From Candidatus Terraquivivens tengchongensis (lineage in GTDB: Archaea; Thermoproteota; Nitrososphaeria_A; Caldarchaeales; Wolframiiraptoraceae), in NCBI GenBank assembly GCA_023261845.1, contig JALNJZ010000007.1, positions 1 through 62,009 of the forward strand: DNA of 62,009 nucleotides, in the 5' to 3' direction. How positions within the stretch are numbered: position 1 is the stretch's first letter; each line of letters begins with the position of its first letter. Of this stretch, positions 19,837 to 29,293 are shown in pieces. The notes beneath the pieces were generated by a model. It was not told the DNA's origin. It made no database searches and saw nothing but the letters and a program-made list of their open reading frames with translations. A program made the translations under genes and the position numbers.

Positions 19837-20358
19837 GAGAACATTAACAATGATGAGAAGCACGAGGGTTATGCGACCATAAGGAGGGAATATCTCACCC
19901 TTCACGAAAAGTGATAGGTAGCCTAAGCCTGTCCAGTATGGTATCTTCATTCCAGTCCATTTCCCTACGATACAGCTTGGTGGAACAGGGCTCCAGGGAT
20001 CTGACATAGAGTTTGCATCACCTTTGGTGATGAAACCTTCTTCCGTGACCCCTATGGCTCTATGCACTATAAGATAGCGTAGGTCATCGCAGTATGGGGG
20101 TTTAAAGAACACTATCACGTCCCCGTCCTTTGGGTCAGCCTTTATCTCGGAAGGCTGGACCGGTATGGTGATTATTATGTCTCCAACATGTATAACAGGC
20201 TCCATGCTTCCGCTTTTCACGACTAAGAATGGAAACGAGGAGCCAATAGTGCTCTGGGCTGCAGAGAATATACTAAGAGCTATCAGGAAAATTAAGAATG
20301 CGTAGAGGAAGTATTGGAATATGTGTTTTATGATTTTAAGTTGAACCATGCAGCTCAC
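19774..20358 (-). CDS. Signal peptidase I (Sec11/S26B type)
   Basis: VVKSGSMEP, GDVIVF, IVHR and TKGDAN motifs; N- and C-terminal TM helices. Confidence 0.92.
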   Translation of the reverse strand: MSCMVQLKIIKHIFQYFLYAFLIFLIALSIFSAAQSTIGSSFPFLVVKSGSMEPVIHVGDIIITIPVQPSEIKADPKDGDVIVFFKPPYCDDLRYLIVHRAIGVTEEGFITKGDANSMSDPWSPVPPSCIVGKWTGMKIPYWTGLGYLSLFVKGEIFPPYGRITLVLLIIVNVLLIFLEFKKIRRKVERTPAGN

Positions 20359-23073
20359 CTATAATCTTGGTAAACGCCCTCTTCGAACCCCTGCTCCTTC
20401 ACTATCACGAACCTTTGGTCTACGCAACGTCTGTCTTCGTAGAATACTCCGCCCCTTGATAAATTTTTTCACATAAAAGAAGCTGACTAAAGCGATGAGA
20501 CCTAAAGTTACACCGAGCACGATATAGGGTTCCACAATCTTCGGCATAAGATGTAGTATAACGACTTCGTTGTTAGCGTTGGCCTTGTAAGTTGAGTTGA
20601 GCACATAATCACCCATCCTGATCTGACAATTGTATGCGCCCTTAGCAAGGTATGTGGAGAACGTTCCGTCTGGGTTAGTGATTCCATATATGGGAGCACT
20701 CCCCTCTTTTGATAACGTTATTTCAGCACCCTCAATTGGTTCGCCCTTTATGTTCTTCAACTTGAGAACCGTTAAGTAGACTTCCGCGTCTAAAAGCATG
20801 TTGACCCTATCATAAATTGAAAGATCTTTTCTGGAAACCTCAGTATCTTGGTAATAGGCGACGAAAGTGTAGTCCCCTCTTGGTAACCTTTTCGATATTT
20901 TGCCAGCCTTGTCCAATTCGAGTACCATCAACTCTTTCCCTCCGAGGTATGCCTTAACGTAGCCGGAGGACATGGGCTCACCGTCCGCCATCCTATAGCT
21001 TAGCGTAACGGTGTAAACGTTTGACAGGAGTTCCACACGTTGTTCGTCGTATTGTAGCGCTGTACTGACCTCACCTGCAACAACGCCGTAAAGATAATGC
21101 TTGACCAAAAGCTGTGATGCTGGTATGTTTTCAATCCTTGCGGTACCTTCGGTTGTCAGGTTGGCTTTTAACTCATGGCTTCCAAATACAACAGAAACAA
21201 CACCTTCATCTAGCGACACCTTATCGGCATCAAAGACTTTGATGATTACATCGTATACGCGCGTCTTCGATACCGTGCGCAAAACGCTAGATGTTACAGT
21301 AAAGGAATCGCTATAGATCTCAACACCGTATAGCTCGATTGATAAGCTACAAACCGTCTGAGGTATGTTTTTTATGATAACGATGCCCGAAGAGTTTGTT
21401 GCCCCCCTTAATATAGTATCACCAACTTTGACGGACACTTCTGCACCATTGACAGGCGCTATGCCATCATAATCTAAAACTTCAAGCTTGAGGTTGTGAA
21501 CATTGGTCTTGATAGTCATCTCACGGTCGTTATCAATCACCAAATCTTCGACAGTAGCCACATCAAAGCCCATGTACTTTACATGAAGGAAGTATCTTAT
21601 CGGTATGAGTCCCGTCACAACGGCCAAACCTTTATCGTCAGAAGTTACATCACCTAGCAATTTTCCATCATAAGTTTTGATCGTAACAGTCGCTGGGACT
21701 CTGTCACCTTCAGAATTTACGAACGTCAAATTCAGTCTGTAGGTCTTTAACTTCATGCTGACCGTTTCTCTGTCAGAGCTAAAGCTAATCTCTCCTTTAC
21801 CCACTGAGTATATCTCATAATGTATTTCGTATTTGTAAGTGGCGGGAGGTACGTCCCTGATAGTTGCCAGGCCCTGCTCTGTCATGGCCGTGACGGTGAA
21901 AACGTCACTTAGGCTGAGCGTTACCTTGACGTTATCCTTCAGCTTTTTACTGAAAAGTCCTTCTTCGCTAACCTGAACGAAAACGTCGTAGAATTTTGCG
22001 TTTATATTAAACGTGGCTGTCTGCTCATTTATGCTACAGTTCCCTTCATATACTTTGATGCCTGCAAAGCTCACAACCAAATTGTAATTTCTTGGATAGT
22101 ATACATGACCCAGCCTTAGAATACCGTCTTTTGTGGTCACAACATCGCTATATGGTGTACCATCACGAAATAGCTGACCCTTAAGCTCGTAACTTTCGCC
22201 TTTAATAATCCTGTTACCTTTAGAATTGTAAACGGTTACGTTAACCATCTGGAGATGTGTATTCATGGTATGCGTTTTATCTCCCGTGACGCTTACTGTG
22301 TCGTTAGCCAGTATATCACCTTTATAGGTCGAAAGGACGATATAGTTTTCTGGAACCAAGAATTTCAGGAATGCTCTGCCATCAGAGCCGCTAGTCGCGC
22401 TAGCATAAACAGGATATGCTTTAGAACCGTTCCAAATCTTTACTTCAACGCCCTGGACTGGTTTTCCGTTCTTATCGTTTATCCTTACCGTTAGGTTATA
22501 GAGCATAGCCCTTACTTCAATACTTCTCGTATCATTGCCAAGGGGTTTTATCTCGTTGAAGACTTCTCTACCAGCATAAATCACTTTAACCCTATAATCC
22601 TGTCTCCATGGTAGGTTTTTGAACGTCACGACACCGTCGTTGCCTGTCTTGCTCTCGTTTCTCAGCGTGTCAACTTCTACTCTTACTATGGCGTTTGGGA
22701 CGGGATTCTTACCGGAGTTATCGTACACTTTTATCCTCCAGTTCGATACGTCTACAGTAAACGTAACCGATCCTGAGCCTGACGCATTAAAATCAGTAAC
22801 CCTATAAACAGAAAAGCCAAGATAAGCTATGTCTACCGTTTGTTTCGCATAAAGGTTGACGTTGGTAAACGATACCAGACCGTTAACATTAGTGGTGCCA
22901 GAAAATGTTCCGTTTATTGTTACTATCGCATTAGGAAGCGGGTTTCCGTCTTTAGTCTTGACAGTAATGCTTAATGTCCCATAGGAGGCGGATGCTGAAG
23001 GAAAATACAATAGTGTAACAACCAACAAAAGCGAAAGAACGACCAAGGATAGAAGCCAGGTACTGTACCTCAT
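20359..23073 (-). CDS. Large cell-surface protein with tandem carboxypeptidase-regulatory/Cna-B-like beta-sandwich repeats and a C-terminal membrane anchor
   Basis: N-terminal signal peptide, recurring D-x-x-G-x-P-h-x-[GN]-A-x-V and T-x-x-x-G motifs, many N-x-S/T sequons, TM helix then an Arg-rich tail. Confidence 0.75.
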   Translation of the reverse strand: MRYSTWLLSLVVLSLLLVVTLLYFPSASASYGTLSITVKTKDGNPLPNAIVTINGTFSGTTNVNGLVSFTNVNLYAKQTVDIAYLGFSVYRVTDFNASGSGSVTFTVDVSNWRIKVYDNSGKNPVPNAIVRVEVDTLRNESKTGNDGVVTFKNLPWRQDYRVKVIYAGREVFNEIKPLGNDTRSIEVRAMLYNLTVRINDKNGKPVQGVEVKIWNGSKAYPVYASATSGSDGRAFLKFLVPENYIVLSTYKGDILANDTVSVTGDKTHTMNTHLQMVNVTVYNSKGNRIIKGESYELKGQLFRDGTPYSDVVTTKDGILRLGHVYYPRNYNLVVSFAGIKVYEGNCSINEQTATFNINAKFYDVFVQVSEEGLFSKKLKDNVKVTLSLSDVFTVTAMTEQGLATIRDVPPATYKYEIHYEIYSVGKGEISFSSDRETVSMKLKTYRLNLTFVNSEGDRVPATVTIKTYDGKLLGDVTSDDKGLAVVTGLIPIRYFLHVKYMGFDVATVEDLVIDNDREMTIKTNVHNLKLEVLDYDGIAPVNGAEVSVKVGDTILRGATNSSGIVIIKNIPQTVCSLSIELYGVEIYSDSFTVTSSVLRTVSKTRVYDVIIKVFDADKVSLDEGVVSVVFGSHELKANLTTEGTARIENIPASQLLVKHYLYGVVAGEVSTALQYDEQRVELLSNVYTVTLSYRMADGEPMSSGYVKAYLGGKELMVLELDKAGKISKRLPRGDYTFVAYYQDTEVSRKDLSIYDRVNMLLDAEVYLTVLKLKNIKGEPIEGAEITLSKEGSAPIYGITNPDGTFSTYLAKGAYNCQIRMGDYVLNSTYKANANNEVVILHLMPKIVEPYIVLGVTLGLIALVSFFYVKKFIKGRSILRRQTLRRPKVRDSEGAGVRRGRLPRL

Positions 23074-23151
23074 TTTACAAATTTTATAAGAAGAATACGC
23101 CTTTAAGCTTTTTTGAACTAAAGATATATGCGGGAGTATTAAGGGAATCTT

Positions 23152-23583
23152 GTGGTGCGTAAAATGGCTGTTTGGTCGTGTGAACTTTCTATAAAAACTA
23201 AGGGTGAGGGCGACGTAGTTGATATAACGGATATGGTAAGCTCAGCAGTAAGAGGTTCTGGAATATTGGATGGTATAGTGAACGTATTTGTTGTAGGCTC
23301 GACCGCGGCCGTGACAACGATAGAATATGAACCAGGCTTGGTCCGCGACGTATCGGACATCCTAGAGAAAATTGCGCCCAAAAATCATCCATACAAGCAC
23401 CATGAAAGGTGGGGCGACTACAACGGTCACTCTCATGTAAGAGCGGCCTTGATAGGCCCGAGTATATCCGTTCCGCTGAGGGATGGAAAGCTAGTGCTAG
23501 GAACTTGGCAACAATTGGTCTTCTTAGAGTTGGACATCAGGCCTAGGGAGAGAAAGATCGTAGTGACGGTCGTGGGTGCGTAG
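23152..23583 (+). CDS. yjbQ: YjbQ-family protein (secondary thiamine-phosphate synthase)
   Basis: NGHSHVRA and LGTWQ motifs. Confidence 0.9.
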   Translation: MVRKMAVWSCELSIKTKGEGDVVDITDMVSSAVRGSGILDGIVNVFVVGSTAAVTTIEYEPGLVRDVSDILEKIAPKNHPYKHHERWGDYNGHSHVRAALIGPSISVPLRDGKLVLGTWQQLVFLELDIRPRERKIVVTVVGA

Positions 23584-23585
23584 AG

Positions 23586-24173
23586 CTATCTTTGGGATGA
23601 GGATATCGTGTCCAAGGCCCATCTTATAGAGCTTATGACCTCCCTCAGCCTTGTCTCGTCCCGATAATTTCTTACTATTATCTCCCTGACCTCGTCACCT
23701 TCATAAACTATGTCGTAGCTCAACTCCCTGCCAGGTTCTAATTTACCTGCGTCAACATTCTCCTTGTCAACCTTGACCATCGCATCTAAAACCTTCTTTA
23801 TCAAGAAAGATGAGAAGGGTTTCATATCCGACGTTATACGTAATTCTGGATTAACCGTCAACCTAATCTCATCCGGTGTTACCGTTAGCATACCAAGCAG
23901 ATTTCCAGATTTACCGCGAAGATTTCTTACCGCGCCCAACTCTTTTGGTTTTTCCTCTTTTTTCACAACTTCTACAACCTTCGGTTTCTCTTCCTTCTTG
24001 ATGGTTTCTACAGTTTTGAAACTCTTCGTAGTCAGCTGTTCATCTACTATAGATACAAGCAGCCTTAGGCTCTCGATCTCATCTGAGAGTTCGCCGATCC
24101 TCCTTTCTAGGTAGCTTTTGACCATCGCCAGCTTCTTTAATTTTTCTTCGTCATCGAGCATACGGTCAAACAC
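23586..24173 (-). CDS. Hypothetical protein with an N-terminal coiled coil, overlapping the ligase stop
   Basis: 195-aa ORF with heptad pattern and a duplicated KKEEKPK. Confidence 0.7.
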   Translation of the reverse strand: MFDRMLDDEEKLKKLAMVKSYLERRIGELSDEIESLRLLVSIVDEQLTTKSFKTVETIKKEEKPKVVEVVKKEEKPKELGAVRNLRGKSGNLLGMLTVTPDEIRLTVNPELRITSDMKPFSSFLIKKVLDAMVKVDKENVDAGKLEPGRELSYDIVYEGDEVREIIVRNYRDETRLREVISSIRWALDTISSSQR

Positions 24174-25944
24174 CTTCTACAGGTTTTTCAACTACCTTCT
24201 TCAATTGTCTCTCGTACATGGACATTATCTCCAAAGAGGTTGTTGCATCTTCTGGAGATTTGTCCAGCCTGAACCTGCCCGTGAAGCGTGGAAACCTGAT
24301 AGCAAGACCAGCATCCTTCTTCAGTAGACCCCAGCAACAAGTATGAATGGGGCTGAGCGTGATCTCGTCACCTATTATCTCTAGAACCACAGCAGGCTTA
24401 AGCCATACGTCTGGTTGCATATTGGAATTGACCCTTGGAGGCTTATCTTTTGATATATAGGGCGACAACATCTCCGGTAACTTGGCTAAATCTTCATCCG
24501 TAAAGCCCGAGCCCGCCTTACATACAGACTCAAAAACATCTTCCCTAGGGTTGTACGCCGCCATGAGCAACGCGCCGAATTTTCCCCTCCTTTTTCCTCT
24601 TCCATAGAAAGCTCCGACAACGACGAGGTCAACCGTATCACTCATCTTAGAAACATAGGAACGCTTGTATTTAATCCAGAGCCAGCCTCTTGCACCTGCT
24701 TTATAGACGGACTCTGGGGATACAGATTTAACTATAGCACCTTCGCATCCATTCTCCACAGCTCTTAAGAAGAAAGCTTCTAGCTCCTCGGGATTTTCGA
24801 CCAACTTGCTCTCAGTCAGCATGACCCCTTCATTAACCTCTATTATGCTTTCAAGTACCTTCCTTCTCTCTAGAAGCGGTTTAGACGTCAAATCCTGTCC
24901 GTCCATGTAAAGTACATCAAAGAAGAAGAGACTGACTGGATAATTCTCTATAGCCTTCTCAATATCGTACTTCCTCCTTCTATGCATCAGCTCTTGGAAG
25001 GGAAGCATGTCGCCTGTTTCTGGATCTATTGCGACGGCCTCGCATTCGACTATGGCCTCTTTCGCCTTTATACAACTCCTCGCGTAATTGACAACGTCAG
25101 GGTATTGTGAGGTTATGTTCTCCTGTCGCCTTGAGAAGATTATTATCTCGTCGCCCCGTTTGTGTATCTGCATCCTTTCACCATCATATTTAAACTCCGC
25201 CAATCCCTTGCCATCCAGCTTCTCCAAAATTTCCTCAGCGGTTGAGAGCCTCTCCGCCAACATAGGCCTTATCGGGTTTCCAACTCTTATCTTAAACTCT
25301 TCTATAGCTTTCAACCCACCTTCCGCCGCCACCTTCGCAACAAGACCTATGTCGGAGCTTATGTTGTAAGCTCTTTCGAAAGCCTCCCTAACTTCCTTAC
25401 TACCTCCATATGCTACAGCAAGCGCGTCCAGTATGGTCATATCTGCAATGCCTAACCTCATCGTGCCCGTTACCATCCTCATGATGTACTTTGCCTCTTT
25501 TGGTTGGGCAGAGCCAAGAATTCCAACAAGTATTTGGAGCTTCGTCTCTATAGCACCTTCTCCTGTCGTCTTCGCTATTTTTTCTAGTGATGAGTACACA
25601 CGTTCGACAGTCAACGGTTCTGTGAACAAAGTTACTTGGGTCTTCGATGTAAGAAGTTTCTCAGCCGTTAACCCTATGTCACCCAGCTTTCCATAAAGCT
25701 CTTGTATCTTCTTCTCGGATGTACCGGTAACTGCTTTGAGTGCCCTGAGTGCTAACTTTTCTGCAACCCCAAGCTCTATGCCTACAAACGGTGGATAAAT
25801 CTCACCTAAAGTCATGTAGACGACTTTGTCTATTATCTTGGTGTCTGTTTTCTTGAAGAGCTCTACAAGTATGTCTGTCATCTCCAACCTCTTCGTCGTG
25901 GCCTCAATCCTTTCGTAGAACTCGACAAGCTCCGAGAAGAGCAT
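24166..25944 (-). CDS. lig: ATP-dependent DNA ligase
   Basis: EFKYDGER, CEGAIVK, WIKYK and IRFPRF motifs. Confidence 0.97.
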   Translation of the reverse strand: MLFSELVEFYERIEATTKRLEMTDILVELFKKTDTKIIDKVVYMTLGEIYPPFVGIELGVAEKLALRALKAVTGTSEKKIQELYGKLGDIGLTAEKLLTSKTQVTLFTEPLTVERVYSSLEKIAKTTGEGAIETKLQILVGILGSAQPKEAKYIMRMVTGTMRLGIADMTILDALAVAYGGSKEVREAFERAYNISSDIGLVAKVAAEGGLKAIEEFKIRVGNPIRPMLAERLSTAEEILEKLDGKGLAEFKYDGERMQIHKRGDEIIIFSRRQENITSQYPDVVNYARSCIKAKEAIVECEAVAIDPETGDMLPFQELMHRRRKYDIEKAIENYPVSLFFFDVLYMDGQDLTSKPLLERRKVLESIIEVNEGVMLTESKLVENPEELEAFFLRAVENGCEGAIVKSVSPESVYKAGARGWLWIKYKRSYVSKMSDTVDLVVVGAFYGRGKRRGKFGALLMAAYNPREDVFESVCKAGSGFTDEDLAKLPEMLSPYISKDKPPRVNSNMQPDVWLKPAVVLEIIGDEITLSPIHTCCWGLLKKDAGLAIRFPRFTGRFRLDKSPEDATTSLEIMSMYERQLKKVVEKPVEGV

Positions 25945-26037
25945 CCCACGCCATCATGTTTGATACTTAGACTCATAGATAAACCATTACCAAACCGCTC
26001 CACGTTTTAGGTCGCAGAGCATTCTAAGATACTACGT

Positions 26038-26982
26038 CTAAATTCTTCGTATAATTGCACCAGAATTTGAGGCCTTTGTAACTAGTACGATCCCCTTATC
26101 CGCAAGAACATCCCTTAATGCGGATGCGACCCTTTCTGCGGTCTTTATGGAATCAGTGAAACCGTATGCTGTGGGCCCCCATGAACTCTGACCCAAGCCA
26201 GCGGCACCGTTCTCTAGCATAGTTTTAATACAAAGATGCGTTAATTCGCTTGAGAATATGCCTCCCTGAACGCTCGAGAAGTATGTACCAACAAGCTTTT
26301 GTACCTCGTTCAATGCCTCTCCAAATTCCCATACGTCCTCCTCCAATATGCCTGGAATTAACTTCATCAACACAAGTCTAGATATCCTATCAGCTATCCA
26401 CTCAGGTTGTCTTCCGAGGTTCTTGAATGCTGTCTCTTCCTCTTCCTCGCTCAGCCCCCTGATACCAGAGGGTATTGCAAGCACTATGGGCCACTTCTCT
26501 GGGAAGTCTATCCTTGTAATAATCGGCGGAATTATTTTCCTGTCAGGGTTTATGCCGCCATCGAGAATAAAGCCGCCATGCTTAAAGACTGCCGTTCCGA
26601 TACCGGAACGAGTACCTCTTCCAAGCTTGATTGCTAATTCATCGACCGAAATTTTAATATCCAGAAGGTTTGCCAGCCCTGCCGCTATGCCCAGTAGCGT
26701 CTGGGTTCCAGAACCCAAGCCAACATGCCTTGGTATCTTCTCCATAACCTTTACGGCGAACCCATTTACCGTGCCTAATACCGACCTGGACCTTTCGGCG
26801 GCTTCTTTTAGGAATGCATCATATGGTTCGATCATAACATCAGGGAGTCCAAGCTCGAGGGTTGCTTCGAAGGACGGTTTTGAAATGGCGAGACCTATAG
26901 AACCATAGAGTCTGCCAAGGCTACCGCTAAGGTCTATCATGCCGAGATGAAGCCTAGAAGGCGTTTTTACGTAAACTCTCAT
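26038..26982 (-). CDS. mptG: Beta-ribofuranosylaminobenzene 5'-phosphate synthase (GHMP fold)
   Basis: TPSRLHLG, PRHVGLGSGTQ, GGFILDGG and GQSSWGPT motifs. Confidence 0.88.
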   Translation of the reverse strand: MRVYVKTPSRLHLGMIDLSGSLGRLYGSIGLAISKPSFEATLELGLPDVMIEPYDAFLKEAAERSRSVLGTVNGFAVKVMEKIPRHVGLGSGTQTLLGIAAGLANLLDIKISVDELAIKLGRGTRSGIGTAVFKHGGFILDGGINPDRKIIPPIITRIDFPEKWPIVLAIPSGIRGLSEEEEETAFKNLGRQPEWIADRISRLVLMKLIPGILEEDVWEFGEALNEVQKLVGTYFSSVQGGIFSSELTHLCIKTMLENGAAGLGQSSWGPTAYGFTDSIKTAERVASALRDVLADKGIVLVTKASNSGAIIRRI

Positions 26983-27038
26983 TCCATGCTCACCGTTAAA
27001 TCCCAGCTAAGTCTCCCTACTAAACGTCGAGTGGAGAA

Positions 27039-27962
27039 ATGTACACCCCAGATATAAAGGACGAGCAGCCCGATGTGAGGTTGCATATACGGTTAGTCGG
27101 GATAGATGGTGTAAGAATACCTGCCGGCCAGGTAATGTTGGGAAATTTGAGGGTGATCATGACTGTGAGGTTCGGTGCATTCATAGATCTTCCGCCTGAC
27201 CGTCGCGGCATACATGCATCTAGGAATTATGAGCCCATAGCGGAGGTAATAAAAGAATACGAGGGTAAGGTCTTCAAGTTAGAAGATATGGCGGCGGATA
27301 TAGCTGTTTCTCTACTGAAGAAGCACGAGTATTCTAGAAGATCGTATGTGAAGGCAGACGCGACAGCATTCTACGAGACGAAAATGCCCCCAGAACATAC
27401 CTCCTATGAGTCGTTTACCATACATGCCAAGAGCTATGCTACAAGGGAAGGAAGAGTTTTTTCGGTAAAAAAGATGGTGGGTGTAACAGTCATGGGCATG
27501 ACTGCCTGTCCGTGCGCATTAGAATCGATCAAGGAAATATGCAAGGAGGAATTAGTGAATTTTTGTAAGGGAGATTTCGGTCAAATTGTAGATAAACTAC
27601 CAATAGCAACCCATACGCAAAGATGTAGCGGCACGTTATTCATTGATGTGTCAGAAGACGAAGTTGACGTCATGGAGCTCGTCAGGATAGTTAATGAATC
27701 CATGAGTTCCACAACGCGTGAGCTACTAAAGAGGAATGATGAGGCTGATGTTGTTATGCGTGCTGTTAAGAGGGCACGGTTCATCGAAGATGTGGCAAGG
27801 TATATGGCAAGGGCAGCCTCAGAGTTAAAGATTGGAGACAGATGCACGATATTGGTGAGGGTAAGAAGTATGGAAAGCGTTCACGGGCACGATATGATGG
27901 CCTTCATTAAGACAACTGCTGGAGAAATTAGGAGAGCACTCGCTTCTCAAAAGCATAAATAG
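27039..27962 (+). CDS. mptA: GTP cyclohydrolase, FolE2/MptA family
   Basis: RGIHASR, GMTACPCA, THTQR, LLKRNDE, FIED and ESVHGHD motifs. Confidence 0.88.
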   Translation: MYTPDIKDEQPDVRLHIRLVGIDGVRIPAGQVMLGNLRVIMTVRFGAFIDLPPDRRGIHASRNYEPIAEVIKEYEGKVFKLEDMAADIAVSLLKKHEYSRRSYVKADATAFYETKMPPEHTSYESFTIHAKSYATREGRVFSVKKMVGVTVMGMTACPCALESIKEICKEELVNFCKGDFGQIVDKLPIATHTQRCSGTLFIDVSEDEVDVMELVRIVNESMSSTTRELLKRNDEADVVMRAVKRARFIEDVARYMARAASELKIGDRCTILVRVRSMESVHGHDMMAFIKTTAGEIRRALASQKHK

Positions 27963-27984
27963 GTAACGCGCCAATCAAAATTAC

Positions 27985-28791
27985 ATGAAAAGATTCCATA
28001 ATCCTTGGATAACTTTAGAGGAATGGTTAGAATGGTATCACAACATCGTTAAAGAGCTTCAATTCGATGAACTCGCAGACTTAGAGGCGTCTATGCTCCT
28101 TGATTCTATGCTAAAGGGGAAGGTTTTAGAGTTCACGCATATTGAGCGAATGCTTTCGGGCAAGATTTCCGTCGTATTCGGTGCTGGTCCTTCTGTTGAG
28201 GTTGACATTAAAAAGTTCGTCGAATTCCCCCAAAAAGATGATTTTGTAATCGTAGCTGCTGATGGTGCTACTACGGCACTACTCAAACATCATATAATTC
28301 CGGACATCATCGTTACAGACTTGGATGGGAATGTTGATGACTTGCTGAGGGCTCATGTGCAGGGCTCGATACTCGTGGTCCATGCACATGGTGATAACAT
28401 TCCTCAGCTTAAAAACATCGTGCCACTATTACATGAGAGGGTTCTACCAACGACACAAATCGAACCTTTTGGTTGTTTATACAACTTCGGTGGCTTTACG
28501 GATGGTGATAGGGCAGTGTTTTTGAGCTCTTCTGTCAATGTCAAGGCCATCGTCCTGGCCGGAATGGATTTGGAAGGGGGAATAGGTTCCTTCTCAAAAC
28601 CCCTCAGCATGCTAACGCATAAACAGTTGATAATGAAAAGAAAGAAACTAAAAATAGCAAAGGAGCTGCTCGAATGGTTGGCGACGAAAATACCGATACC
28701 GATGTACGACATAACGACCTATGGTGTGGGATTGCGGGGAATAATGAAGCTAGAGTCCTTTTATGAGCTTTCGTTGCATGAGCTGAGGTAG
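27985..28791 (+). CDS. mptE: 6-hydroxymethyl-7,8-dihydropterin pyrophosphokinase (DUF115)
   Basis: GAGPS, AADGA, VTDLDG, HAHGDN and FGGFTDGDRA motifs. Confidence 0.88.
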   Translation: MKRFHNPWITLEEWLEWYHNIVKELQFDELADLEASMLLDSMLKGKVLEFTHIERMLSGKISVVFGAGPSVEVDIKKFVEFPQKDDFVIVAADGATTALLKHHIIPDIIVTDLDGNVDDLLRAHVQGSILVVHAHGDNIPQLKNIVPLLHERVLPTTQIEPFGCLYNFGGFTDGDRAVFLSSSVNVKAIVLAGMDLEGGIGSFSKPLSMLTHKQLIMKRKKLKIAKELLEWLATKIPIPMYDITTYGVGLRGIMKLESFYELSLHELR

Positions 28792-28843
28792 CCTGACCTA
28801 AAGGTATTTTTAGAACTTCACCAGTTATTCACCCGAAAAGAAC

Positions 28844-29287
28844 ATGGCTAGGATGCACTCAAGAAGGCGTGGAAAGTCGGATTCTGTGAGACCTATAAGT
28901 AAGCTTCCGCCAGCCTGGGTAAAGGCAACACCCGAAGAAGTTGAAAGTTTGGTCGTAGAGTACTATAAGCAGGGTTACAAGCCCAGCATGATAGGCGTCA
29001 TATTAAGGGACAGCCATGGTATACCGCTCGTCAAGCAGATAACCGGGAAGACCATCAAGCAGATACTCAAGGAGAACAACCTCTACACCGGAATACCCGA
29101 GGATTTAGAGAATCTTTTGGCCAAAGTAGTTAGGATGAGAAAACACCTCGAGAGGTTCAAGTCGGACAGGGCAAACATCCATAGACTTCAGCTAATCGAG
29201 TCCAAAGTAAGAAGGTTGGTTAATTATTATAAGAGGATAGGAGAATTGCCTCCAGAATGGGTGCCGCCGATAGAGGAGGTATCCTAG
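28844..29287 (+). CDS. rps15: 30S ribosomal protein uS15
   Basis: MARMHSRRRGKS, LRDSHGIP and LIESKVRRLVNYY. Confidence 0.97.
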   Translation: MARMHSRRRGKSDSVRPISKLPPAWVKATPEEVESLVVEYYKQGYKPSMIGVILRDSHGIPLVKQITGKTIKQILKENNLYTGIPEDLENLLAKVVRMRKHLERFKSDRANIHRLQLIESKVRRLVNYYKRIGELPPEWVPPIEEVS

Positions 29288-29293
29288 CATAAA

